Shown in pieces: positions 37,221 through 48,919 of a stretch of 64,000 nucleotides of DNA. Within the stretch, counting starts at the first letter, position 1, and the number at the start of each line of letters is the position of its first letter. The DNA is taken from NCBI RefSeq assembly GCF_036365525.1, contig NC_090378.1, positions 69,297,430-69,361,429 on the forward strand, read 5' to 3'. The stretch comes from Heterodontus francisci (lineage: Eukaryota). The notes under the pieces are model-generated. The model did no database searches, was not told where the DNA came from, and was given only the letters and a program-made list of their open reading frames with translations. Position numbers and translations under genes: made by a program.

Positions 37221-37683
37221 ATAGCTTCAAAGCCTACAAGGTAGGTGCCACATTTGAGATTTTTGGCTATATAGCCTCAGGAGGATTTTAGATTAATTTA
37301 TAATCAAGAAGCAGCTACTAAGTTAAATTCAGAGCATGAAGAATTAACTCCATACAATCCTCAAGATACCTGGTAATGTGAATTAAATCCTAGCCAGGAT
37401 TAGAGGACGTGTTTCTTACAAACCATATTAATTTGGCAGTTCATTAGTAAGACAGGAAGTAGAACATAATGTTAGAATGGTCCCGAGTTCTGGAGCTCGG
37501 CAAGAATCTCAACCAAACAGGCCATATAGGTGCTGTGGGGGGAGAGGAAGGGAACATATGTGATTTGAGTTCAATTGAATGAGCCAACTCTCAACACAAA
37601 GAGCTGATGGACGGATCAGAAGTCAAGTCTTTGGTTTATATTCTACCTGGAAAGAAAATCGGGCTGAAGTAATTTTAAGTGGG

Positions 37684-37886
37684 ATAAAAACAAACAGTGC
37701 TGGAAACACCCAGAAGGTCTGGCAGCATTTCTGGAGAGAGAAACAGAGTTAACGTTTCAGGTTGATGATTTTTCATCAGAACTGTTCTTTGTTTCTCTCT
37801 CCACAGATGCTGCCTGATCTGCTGAGTATTTTTAGCATTTCCTGTTTTTATTTCAGATTTCCAACATCCACAATATTTTGCTTTCA
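37684..37886. mobile_element. Inverted pair of Penelope terminal-repeat fragments with a minus-strand hammerhead remnant
   Basis: 37684-37783 is the reverse complement of the Penelope tail (agttctgatga...gaaacgttaact at 37747-37783). 37788-37886 is the same tail in forward orientation. Confidence 0.75.
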
Positions 37887-37922
37887 TAAGTTTAAGTGGG
37901 AAACAGTTCAAGAACTCTACTT

Positions 37923-40900
37923 TGTAATGAGTACTTTTTAAGTTGTCTGATGCAACATAAATGAGATGCGTGGAGTCCAGTTGGTTGAAGATCTCAGACA
38001 TGTTTATTAACAGCTAACCTATTATATAATACAGTTAACCATTTACAGAACCTTACTTTGGGTGTTACAGCTGCAGAGTGACTCTAGCTCCGAGTCACAT
38101 GACTGCATCCTGGCACTTAGCTTATTATCATACTAAGATCTTAAAGGGACATCACTTTTAAAGGCAAACAACATTCCCCCTTCTTTCCAAAGATAAGTCT
38201 TGTATGTTAAAAGTAAAAATACATAAACTTAGATAACATAAAAATTATTTACACATGGATAAAGATTATGAAATTTACAAATGTAGAGGCTTAACAGTCC
38301 ATATATCATTTCGGTGGTTTGACAACTCTTCCAGATCTGGTTGTGGTATAACCTTCTGGGGAACTAGATTTCACCCGTATCTGTCCTAGGTTTGCAGGCA
38401 TGTTGTCAATGTATTGTCTGCCATCCTGTTGTTTTGTCACACCCCCACCGTCGGAGCATGCTCCCTCGAGTCCGCCGTGCGCAATTGGAGTACTGCACAC
38501 CTCTCTCATTTGGCTTTGGTTCCTTTCCAACACCACTCCGCTAGATGTTGTAATCTCGTAGAACCTAGGCTCATCACAGACTCTGGACACCTCTGCAGGC
38601 AACCATGTTTTCATTGTGAGGTGTATGACCTTGACGTTTTGTCTTACATGTAGCTGAGGTAGTTCCGCCCCTGGGTGTTAGTCATGTACCATCTTCATTC
38701 TCCCCTGTTTTTCAAGCAGTGTCTCCTGCATCTCGGAAAATTTGGACAGATGATGGCTTGGCAGAATCGTCTGTACTTGTCTGCCAAACATGATCTCTGC
38801 TGGTGATGGTAAGCCCATATCCATAGGTGTAGCTCTGAGGTGGAGCATGGCAACACGAAAATCTTGTTTCGTTGTCCTACACTTTAGGATAAGTGCTTTG
38901 ACTGTGTGAACCATTCACTTGGTGAGACCATTAGACCTAGGGTAATGTGGTGAGGACGTCACATGGTTTACACCCCATTTGGCCCATTTACTGTAGCCCA
39001 TTGTCAGAAATGACTTCTTCAGGTGCACCAAATAGACTGAATATAGCACTCATTGTGTCTGCAACAACCGCGCTTGAAGTGTCGTTTACTTGACTGACAA
39101 TTGGAAATTTGGAGAAATAGTTAGTGACTAAGATAAAGTCTTCTCCAGTAATGAAAAACAGGTCAGTGGCGATTTTGGATCAAGGGACTGACGGAATCTC
39201 GAGAGGGTGTTGAGGTTCTTTGCTTGGTTTTGGCTGGTGGCTCTGGCCAAGCCTCACACATCCTCACTAAACTTTCGATGTCATTATTGATCCCTGGCCA
39301 ATAAACAGTGTCTCATGCCAGTGGTCTTGTTTGCTCTATGTCCATATGGTCTTGTCACAACCTCACCAAGCTGTCCTGTCGAAGAGCTTTGGGCACAATC
39401 ACTTGTTTTCCTTTGAAGGTGACGCCTCTCGAGATACTGAGTTCATCTCTCTAAGGTCGAAAGCATCTGAGGGTTTCTGGCACCAGTGTCAGGCCAACCT
39501 TCTATAATGACTCTCCACGGTGCCTTCAGTTGTAGATCATTGGCTGTTTCTGATTGTAGTTGGTCACATTTGTGCTGACCAAAATGCAATAAATCGATTT
39601 TGAGCATACCTTCCACCTCGATGTCCATGCTGTCTACTTGTAGATCCAGTGGAACTTCTTCATTCTTGCTTGTGTTTGGTGTTTTGGGTTTTCTGCTCAG
39701 TGTATCTGAGGTAACCATTTCGGTACCTCCGTACTTTTACTAAGAGCTTCTGTAGTCGAGGTGATGCACTTGTTAATGGTTTGTGCCAGATCATCTCCAG
39801 TGGTTTGTGGTCGGTGTGGAACCTTGTGATCCCAAACACCAGAGCAAGTGTTTCACGACCTATGTTTGAACAATTGGACTGTGCTGAGGATAAACATTTG
39901 GACCTGAATGCAATTGGTTTGCCGTCCTGTAGCATGCACATTCCTAGCCCTTTCTGTGAAGCATCGGCTTCCAGGGTTGCCGTCTGCCTCAGATTGTAGT
40001 ACTGCAGGATACAGGTTTCTGTTGACAATGCTTGTTTGAGACACTAAAACATATGCTGATGGTCCACCTGCCATACAGACAGCACTTTTTTCTTTAAGAG
40101 CTCTCTCAGCGATGTTGCTTTGTCAGAAAAAATTGGAATGTGTGGTTCCAAGAAGTTGAAAAATCCAAGACATCTCTGGAGGTTTTCCTTGTCTTGTGGG
40201 GTAGGCATATGCCTTATATCTTCGATTTTGTCTTGGTCAGGAGGGATTCTGCAACCGGAATAGATGGAGCCAAAGAAATTGATCTGACTTACGTTTACCT
40301 GGCACCACCTGCTGCCAAAAACGAGCCCTTCGTGATGAACTACTGCCATTAGTGAATGGAGATTTTGCGCATGGTCTTCTTTGGTTTTGCCCGTTAACGC
40401 AATGTCATCGGCAATGCATATGCAGCCAGGCACGTTTTCTATAATTCTGTCCATATGTTGCTGAAACAGATCTTGACTGACAGATAAGCTGAAGGGTAGT
40501 CTCTGGAAGCAGTATCTTCCTAATAGTGTCCTGAAGGTGGTGGCTTCTTGAGATTCCTTAGCTGGGTGTACCGACCAATATCCATGTTTAGCATCCAACT
40601 TAGAGAAAAATTTGGTTCCTGTGAACTTGGGATTCAATTCCTCTAATGTTGTAATCTTGTGGGGGCATCTCTTTCGGGAGAGGTTTAGACACCTCGGATC
40701 TAGACATACTCTGATTGTTCCATCCTTCTTCAGTACGCATGTGATTGAGCTGCACTAGACTGTGTGATGATGCATATGACGGATGATGCCATGGCATTCC
40801 ATCTCATCTAACTTGCGCTTAAGCTTTTCTTGTATGTGCGCACTGCACTTTCTGGGAGGGTCGATTGACGGAATTGCAACCTCTCTGAGGTGCAGTACGG

Positions 40901-42315
40901 CATCGCCTTTGAAATTTGCTATGGTGTCGAACCTGTTCGGGTACATTTGTTGTAGATCGTGGACCGACTCAATGCGGGTACCCCTGGTCCCTGCTGTAAT
41001 GACTACCCCGGTGACCTCATGGATGGTCATGATGTTGAGGGTCCTTACACACTGATAGTCCTGCCACTGCTGGTCTACTCGTGTCTAATTGGCAGAATGT
41101 TTATGGTTTCCATGCCGACTTGCCATGTCTGCATTGCATTGTTAATGTGCCACTGCAAGGGATGGGTGACCCATTGTATGCAGATAATTTGGCAGTTGTA
41201 TCATTGATTTCCAATGACTCTGGTACATATCCTTGAGGATCCTGACTGGTAGGATATTTGCACTAGTGCCGGTGTCGATCGTGACCCTGAGTGTATGTTT
41301 GATAGCTATCTTTGGGCATATGATGTTAATGGTGGCGAAAGCTTCCAGTTATTTGACTTAATCGATGTGATGTGTTAGGTTCACAATGTGGAATGCTCGC
41401 TCATCTTCTGACTGAGAACTGCTTCTTCCTGAGCCTTGTCTCAGGTCTGTTTCACCGTGGACTTCATGTATCAGCTTGCGTTTATGCAGGTCTCTTGTGC
41501 TTTCCTTACTGCTTTTGCCCTGTTGCTGCACCTGTTGTCTGTTTGTCTGTGTCCTGCTGTGACTTCTGACCATGTCTTCGGCTGCAGCAGGCATCAAACA
41601 ACTCCTTCAACAATGAGCACAGCAATAGGTCAACTTGAATTTGAAAACAGTCTCTCAGTAGAAACTTTACTTCAGTAATACAAACGGTCTCTTTAAAGGG
41701 TTAGTTCCTCCTTAGGCAATTAATTCGGCCTGTAGCTCCTTGTAGAATTTCTGCCAGGAAAAAAGACAGCTCTTCTCTTCAGTAGCATGCTTTTCTGGAG
41801 AGTCTCTCAAAACTGGTTTCAGCCAGATTTTACACAGTTAAGTAGAAACATTATACCATGTGACCTCTCTCTCTCCTGTTGTTGCCTAGGTAACAAAATG
41901 CAGCTGGCACACTGTGTCTCAGAAATCCAAAAGCTTCTCTCCCTGTCTTAAAGGCACACTGTTTTAATCCGAGGAGAAAATAAATACAAGTCCATGACAG
42001 TAGAAGGTAGTTTTTAAAGCTTTTCCATGTGGTCTTCAATCTTAGATTCTGTCTTCTCACCACAGCTGCCACCATGTAATGAGTTCTTTTTACATTGTCT
42101 GATGCACCATAAATGAGATGCGTGGAGTCCAGTTGGTTGTAGATCTGAATCAGGTTTATTAACAGCTAAACTATTATACAGTACAGAGTTAACTATTTAC
42201 AGAACCTTACTCTGGGTGTTACAGCTGCAGACTGGCTCTGACTCACATGACTGCATCCTGGTACTTAGCTCATTATCATTCTAAGATCTTTAAAGGGACA
42301 TTGCTCTTAAAGGCA
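37923..42315 (-). mobile_element. Gypsy LTR retrotransposon with short LTRs and decayed pol
   Basis: LTRs 37923-38173 and 42075-about 42315, tRNA-Leu-like PBS tggtggcagctgtgg, PPT aaagaaggggg. Protease IDTGTSAN, RT LDAKHGYW...IADDI, RNase H ADASQKGLG, then integrase. Probable 5-bp TSD tactt/tacct. Confidence 0.9.
41600..41999. mobile_element. Fragment of a different LTR occupying the gag position
   Basis: Ends in catgaca like the long-LTR family. Non-coding, sitting between the leader and the gag-pol junction. Confidence 0.45.
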
Positions 42316-45077
42316 TACCTAATGATTGTGATTCTGTAAAGTAAATTTACCTCATTCATGGGGTACAATGGCATATTTTGTTATTTTTCAAGTTAGGAAG
42401 AGTGATAAAATAGTTTGAACATTATTTTGTATTAAATAAACTAGTTTCTTGGTTTAGGTTTAGTCTTGACTCACTAGAATGTTTATTAATCCACCTATTC
42501 GGCAGTAGGAGAAATGCGTGAGATTTTTGTGTGCTGAGTTAGGAGGGAGAAGCAGAAGAGGGGAGAAAAGGAGAGAAAGAAAAAAAACAGGAATATAAAG
42601 GAATCAGAGACAGGCAAGTGAGTGTCATATTGTCTGATTTACTGTGTACAACCCTACAAGTAATCTTTGTGTTTTCCCTGTCAACTGTTTTGACAAATTT
42701 AATGGAAATTACCTGCGTAAAACAATCCAGGCTGTGATTACACTCTTCACCCAGTACAGGCATTGCAATGGCAGGAGGGGGAATTTACATTATGACGGGA
42801 TTACAGAGGCAGTTTCATTATAAATGTGGACATAATTTACAATGGAAATACAAAAACATGGACAAAATATAGGACTTTTTAATCTTTCACTCCATGGGGA
42901 GGGGGTGGCAAACTCATAATGCTCTCCAGGCCCAAATTTCAGACCTGGGGTATTTTAATTCCTGGGCCTTAGATGCAAATTTATGGTCAGCTGCCTACAC
43001 AGCATGGGTGGAAGATAGCAGCTGACCGGTGGACAGGAGTGGGCATTCAATCAGCCAACACCAAGGAAGGATCACTGGAAGGAAAGTAAGTTGTGGAGAG
43101 GGGGTTTCAGAAGGCTCGTGTTGAAGGAAAGAGGAGGCTGCAACATCCTTGTGTGGCCTGGAGAAGCATTTCTGCTCCATCTGTCCCCTCAAAGTAAGGA
43201 TCTCAACTTATGGTGGTGGACCTCTTTGCCCTCCTGACAGCAGCATACCAGGAAAGTTAAGCAGCCAGTTTCCCACCAGCAGAGCAGCCAGTGCACCTGG
43301 GTAGCAGTGATCAAAGACCCATTAGCAGTGAGAAGGCCCTGATCAAAAATGCTTGGCGTGCAGCTTCAGGCTTCACAGTGCAGAATCTACTATTAGGCCT
43401 GCAGCTGTGCTCACATTGCCTGATTTCGGAGCAAATGGGTGGCGTCATCTGAGGAGGAAAATCATGGTCAGTTGTGTTCTCTCAGTACTGCTTACTGCTC
43501 TGTTGGGAACTTACTTCTCAGAGGAAATCCACCCTGTACTTGAAGAGCATGTGTGGTTTAGAAGGGAGAAAGAAGCTTCACTTGTTCCACCCAAAGAAAT
43601 TATACCATTCAAAGAAACTATTAGAAATGTTTAAAGCACATTTGTGTATCATTATAAGCATTGGAGGTAACATTTAGTACAGGTAGATTAACCCCATCTG
43701 GTCTGTCTCCAGTTCTTCTATAATGTGATTATGTCATTTAATAAGTTTTCTTACTGCTCTGTGATATACTGGGGTAGAAATTATCTGGGACGGTCTGTGT
43801 CGAGAATCGGCACTGTATAGGCAGCACGCACCCCAACCAGGATCCCTAAGGCTGGTCCACAATTGGGCCATTTCAATCGTGGCTGCATGTTGAATTGTGA
43901 CAGATGGTGGCAACTCACCCATTTCAGCAGATGAATTACAACTGCTTATTACTTACCAGCAGCAGTCCTGAGGTAAGTGCTGGGAGCAGTACAGCCGGGC
44001 AGGGGGATACTGGTGGCTGGCGGCCAGTTCCTGAGCTGCTTCCACGGCAAAATAACTTGGGCAGAGCAGACCCGACCACAAGGAAAAAGCAAGGCAGATT
44101 TTCCTCTATTGTGCTTGGCATAAATAATAACCTGGGCAGAGTGCATAGTATCAAATCAGGTGGGGAGAACTGCAGATCCATAACAGAGTCCGTTCATTTT
44201 CACTCCATATAAAGTAAAGAATGGGGTATAGGGCATGTAATCCTTCACACTTGAATTTCTTCCATGTGCTGTGCCATGGCGATTATGATAGGGTGCAAAA
44301 TAAAAACTACCCCACTCATCTAATTTGGTACTAAATCTATAAACTGCTTTGATGGTTTTCTTCTGGTGAAAAGTTTTGAAAAGATTCTGCATGCTCACAG
44401 ATATTTTCTTTGTAGTCATGACATGATGCAATATTATGACATCACTATATGGACATTAGCTAAAATATTATGGCCATTCTGCATAGCATGGAATCATGAG
44501 ACCCACAGTTTACAGGAATACAGGCGACACAAAGTACAATGAAACACAGGACAGCTGCACAGTTATGTTGCTCTTTCAATCCTATGTTGCAATATAATAA
44601 CAGTTTTAATGAGGTTACAGATGACTAATGCGTTAGGAGGCTCGTGTGGTGGATAAACACTGGAATAGACTTATTGGGATGAGTGGCCTGTTTTTGTGCT
44701 GTAAAATTCTATATAAAAATTAAAATAATGCATTTAGTTCCTAAATAAATAAAGAAAAAGACAGATTGTTACCCAGAGTTTTCAACCTTCGTTTCACCTC
44801 TGATACCTGGGCTAAAATCAAGCTGAGAATTATGGCATGAATGAGTCTTGGACGAGTCCTCACCAAATGGGGGTTACATTGACAATCTTATGAAAAGAGG
44901 CCACAAAGAAATGAAAAAGAAAACTACACGAATGATCACTTCTGAGATTGTGGTTAAGGCACATATCAAAATTACCACCCTACATTAAACCCATTTTGTA
45001 TTTGACTTGGGAACAAATTGGTGCAAACATTTGGTGCCCAAAACTGAACATAATTCAAATTTCCCAGCACTGACAAC

Positions 45078-46480
45078 TTTTTTTTTTTATTCGTTCTTGG
45101 GATGTGAGAGTTGCTGGCAAAGCCAGCAGATATTGCCCATCCCTAATTGCCCTTGAGACAGTCTTCTTGAAATGCTAGAATATGTTTGATGTAGGTACTG
45201 CCACAGTGCTATTAGGAAGGGAGTTCCAGAAGTTTGACCCAGCGACAGTGAAGGAACGGCGATATAGTTCCAGGCTTTGAGGAGTCAGGAGATCAGTTAC
45301 TCGCCGCAGACTTCTCATCCTCTGACCTGCTCTGTAGCTACAGCATTTATATGGCTGGTCCAGTTAGGTTTCTGGTCAATGGTAATGACCAGGGTGTTGA
45401 TGGTGAGGGATTCAGTCATCGTAATGCCCTTGAATGTTAGGGGAGATGGTTAGATTCTCTCACACTGGAGATTGTCATTGCCTGGCACTTGTGTGGCTCA
45501 AATGTTACTTGCCACTCATCAGCCCAAGCCTGAATGTTGCCAGGTCTTGCTGCATGCAGGCACGGACTGCTTAAGTATCTGAGGAGTTGCAAATGGAATT
45601 GAACACTGTGCAATCATCAGAGTACATCCTCACTTCTAACTTTATGTTGGATGGAAGGTCACTGATGAAGCAGCTGAAGGTGATTGTGCCTAGGATACTA
45701 CCCTGAAGAACTCCTGCAGCGATGTTCTGGAGCTGAGATGATTGGGCTCCAACAACCACAACCATCTTCCTATCTGCTGGGCATGACTCCAACCAGTGGA
45801 GAGTTTTCCCCCAATTCCCATTGACTTCAATTTTGCTAGGACTCCTTGATGCCAAACTCAGTCAAATGCTGCCTTGATATCAAGGGCAGTCACTTTCACC
45901 TCACCTCTGGAATTCAGCTCTTTTGTCCGAACTTGGACCATGGCTGAACCCAAACTGAGCATTTTATTGCTGTAAAAGGGTTGCTTGATAGCACTGTCAG
46001 TGACACCTTCCATCACTTAGGTGATTTTTAAGAGTAGACTGATGGGTTGATAATTGGCCAGGTTGGATTTGTCCTGCTTTTTGTGGACAGGACAATTTTC
46101 CACACTGTCGGGTAGATGCCAGTATTGTAGCTGCATTGGAACCGCTTGGCTAGGGAAGCGGATAATTCTAGTTCACAAGACTTCAGTACTACGGCCGGGA
46201 TGTTGTCAGGGCCCATAGTCTTTGCTGCATCCAGTGCCTTCAGTCTTTTCTTGAATTGTCTGAAGACTGGCATTTATGATGGTGGGGACCTTAGGAGACG
46301 GCAGAGATGGATCATCCACTCTGCACTTTTAGCTGAAGATGGTTGCAAATACTTCAGCCTGGTCTTTTGCATTGACATGTTGTGCTCCATCAACATTGAG
46401 GATGGTGATGTTTTTGGAGTCTCCTCTGGTTAGTTGTTTGTCTATTGATGACTGGATGTGGCAGGACTACATCTGATCCA
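45078..46480 (-). mobile_element. CR1-clade LINE, same family as 6135-8363, with deletions
   Basis: ORFs with KTMGPDNIP and GVLQGSILG...MYSDDC. Same 3' tail in reverse. Confidence 0.85.
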
Positions 46481-46559
46481 TTGGTTATTTTGTTCTGCTT
46501 ATCTTCCATAAAAAGCCATAACGCTACACAGGTTTCTATGAAATATATAAGCATCATTA

Positions 46560-47180
46560 TAAAGCAATATAAAAGAAGGAAAGTGTGATCATGTATTACT
46601 GAAATCCAGTAAACATCAGAAATGAGACAGTCACTACTGTGAGAAGAGAGCATGTGGCAAACCTACAATGAGATTCACGATTGCTGAGAATATCAGGCAC
46701 ACTACAACAAATGCCTGTTGTGTTGTTATAAATCGTGATTCTCATTAGAAATAAAAAGGAAGCTACTGAATCACACCACAAGGAATTTTGGATTCCGGCC
46801 AATCACCAATGAGAGGCAGGAGCACCGTAGCAAATCTGTATGAGGAGAGAATAGTAGCAAATTTCAAGGATTTAAAAAAAACTTTGCTTCTATCATGCGT
46901 TGACAGAAGCACAACAAATTCCCTCAAAAAATGAGCATCATTGTGAATCTGTCTTTGGATCAAGAACACTAACAAGACCACCATGACAAACAGTGATGTG
47001 CAGTGAGAACGTCCATGGGAAACTGCAAAGTGGGTTAAGAAGATCCACAAGAAACAGCAGAATACAATGGAAATATCCACAGAAAATAAGTGACTCAGAA
47101 ATAAGAAGGTTACAATGAATTCTTGCAAATGAGACCATCACAAATATAGCAAACCAATCTTGTTAAAGCAGAAAAATCAT
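46560..47180 (+). mobile_element. Possible very old Gypsy integrase C-terminal remnant
   Basis: Weak peptide resemblance only (LLRI..TLQQ, WIKNTNKT). Confidence 0.25.
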
Positions 47181-47762
47181 AATACAAGAAAAAATTAAAA
47201 GGACAATCTGCTATCTAGCATACCCGGTCATTTGGGTCCAAGTAAAAAGTGTGCCTGAGCTATTGTTTTCTTTATCTTCCTCAGACATTAAGGGCTGGAT
47301 TTTTCTCCAGGGTGGGTTTGTCGTTGGAGCAAGGTCAAATGGGACTTTTGCCTATCACTCTGACCATGCTGTGACTTCAACTCATTTATTAGATTGATTC
47401 TGACTAGCAATGCAGGGTGGCGTTGTTACTAAACCTTTACCATTTCAGATTTTCATTTTGTTATACAAAGGGCTGAATTTTTCAGCAGAGTCCGGATCCT
47501 GCTGCCAGGACCAGAACTGGTAGCCACTGCCACTTGGGTGGGTGGGTGGGTCGGGGGTGGCCTGAGGACAGGTACGCTGTGGCACCCAAACAATTAACTG
47601 CCGGTTGGCAGTGGAGACGTCCAATAAAGAGTCGGTGGCGGTGTGAGGTCACACCGCTGGAAGTGCTGGCGCCATATTTAAAGGGCTGCCAGGACTCTTT
47701 CAAATTAATCCAGCCATAAAGAAGTCTGAATGGAAGACCTCTGAAGGAAGGCCTGTCAATGA

Positions 47763-47995
47763 ATGACAGAGGCAAGATCCTGGGTGGCCCCACAATTTAG
47801 CAATGCCTCACTGCAGGTTCTCCTCAAAGCTGCTCGAGTAAGGGGGGAGGTCCTTTTTTCCCAGGATGAGAGGAAGAGACCTGCTTGCCAGACCAAGCAC
47901 GCCTGGACAGAGAATGCAGAGGAGGTCAGCTGTTGTAGGGTCACCCCCTAGAACCTGGCTGCAGTACCACATGACCTCATGCAATCTACCAAGAT
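47763..47995 (+). pseudogene. Harbinger Myb/SANT-like DNA-binding protein, N-terminal exon
   Basis: APQFSNASLQVLLKAARVRGEVLF...AWTENAEEVS...TP*TWLQ. Confidence 0.7.
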
Positions 47996-48091
47996 GAATG
48001 CACCTCCCATTGCCTTCCTTAGAAACTGACAGGTGGCTGTGCGTAAGGGTGAGCTTGCCAGAAAAGGAATGCCAACCCAGTCACTGGCATT

Positions 48092-48500
48092 ACATACAAA
48101 CATACGAATTAGGAGCAGGAGTAGGCCACGCGGCCATTCGAGCCTGCTCCGCCATTTAACAAGATCATGGCTGGTCTGACTGTAATCTCAACTGCACATT
48201 CCTGCATACCTCCAATAATGTTTTGCCCCCTTGCTTATCAAGAATCTATCTACCTCTGCCTTAAAAATATTCAAAGACTCTGTTTCCAACGTCTTTTGAG
48301 GAAGAGACTTGCAAAGACTCACAAGCCTCAGAGAAAATGTTTTGCCTTATCTCTGTCTTAAATGGGTGACCCCTTATTTTTAAACAGTGACCCCTAGTTC
48401 TAGGTTCTCCCACAAGACGGAACATTCTTTCCACATCTACCCTGTCAAGATCCCTCAGAATCTGATATGTTTCAATCAAGTCGCCTCTTACTCTTCTAAA
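48092..48500 (-). mobile_element. CR1 3' fragment inside the Harbinger
   Basis: LIETYQILRDLDRVDVERMF...TRGHCLKIRG and the CR1 tail. Confidence 0.8.
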
Positions 48501-48919
48501 CTAATGGGGCCAGACAGTAGCAATGTCTGTCACAGGCATGGCAGCATCTCGGTGAATGGCCCCAGTTCATCAGAGTTGACTCTTGCACTGCTGTTTTTGA
48601 GTGGCTGTATACTGGAGGCATTCCATGGCACCATCATGGACAGTCACTGATATCCTCACTGTTCAATTTCTCTCCCTTCCATAGTGCCAGGTTGTGCAGA
48701 GCACAGCACACCACGCAAAATGCAAGACCATTGCTGAGGCATACTGCAGGGCACCACCAGATCGATCTAGGCATCAAATCACATCTTCAGAAGCCCTATT
48801 GCCTGCTCAATGGTTGCTTGAGTTGTGCCATGGCAGTTGTTCTACCTCTCTGCTGCAGCAGTGCCAGTGTTCCTCACAGGTGTCAGTAACTATGTCTTCA
48901 ATGTGATCTGCTGCATGCC

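Noticed and set aside
42895-44170. GC-richer blocks with gtaagt donors and short ORFs
   Set aside because: Resemble heavily decayed Harbinger-type MITEs (ggggtagaaatt start at about 43771). Boundaries and coding potential cannot be supported.
46763-47128. 121-aa hydrophobic ORF resembling a membrane protein
   Set aside because: Antisense of an A-rich tract, probably an old retroelement remnant. Hydrophobicity follows from T-rich codons.
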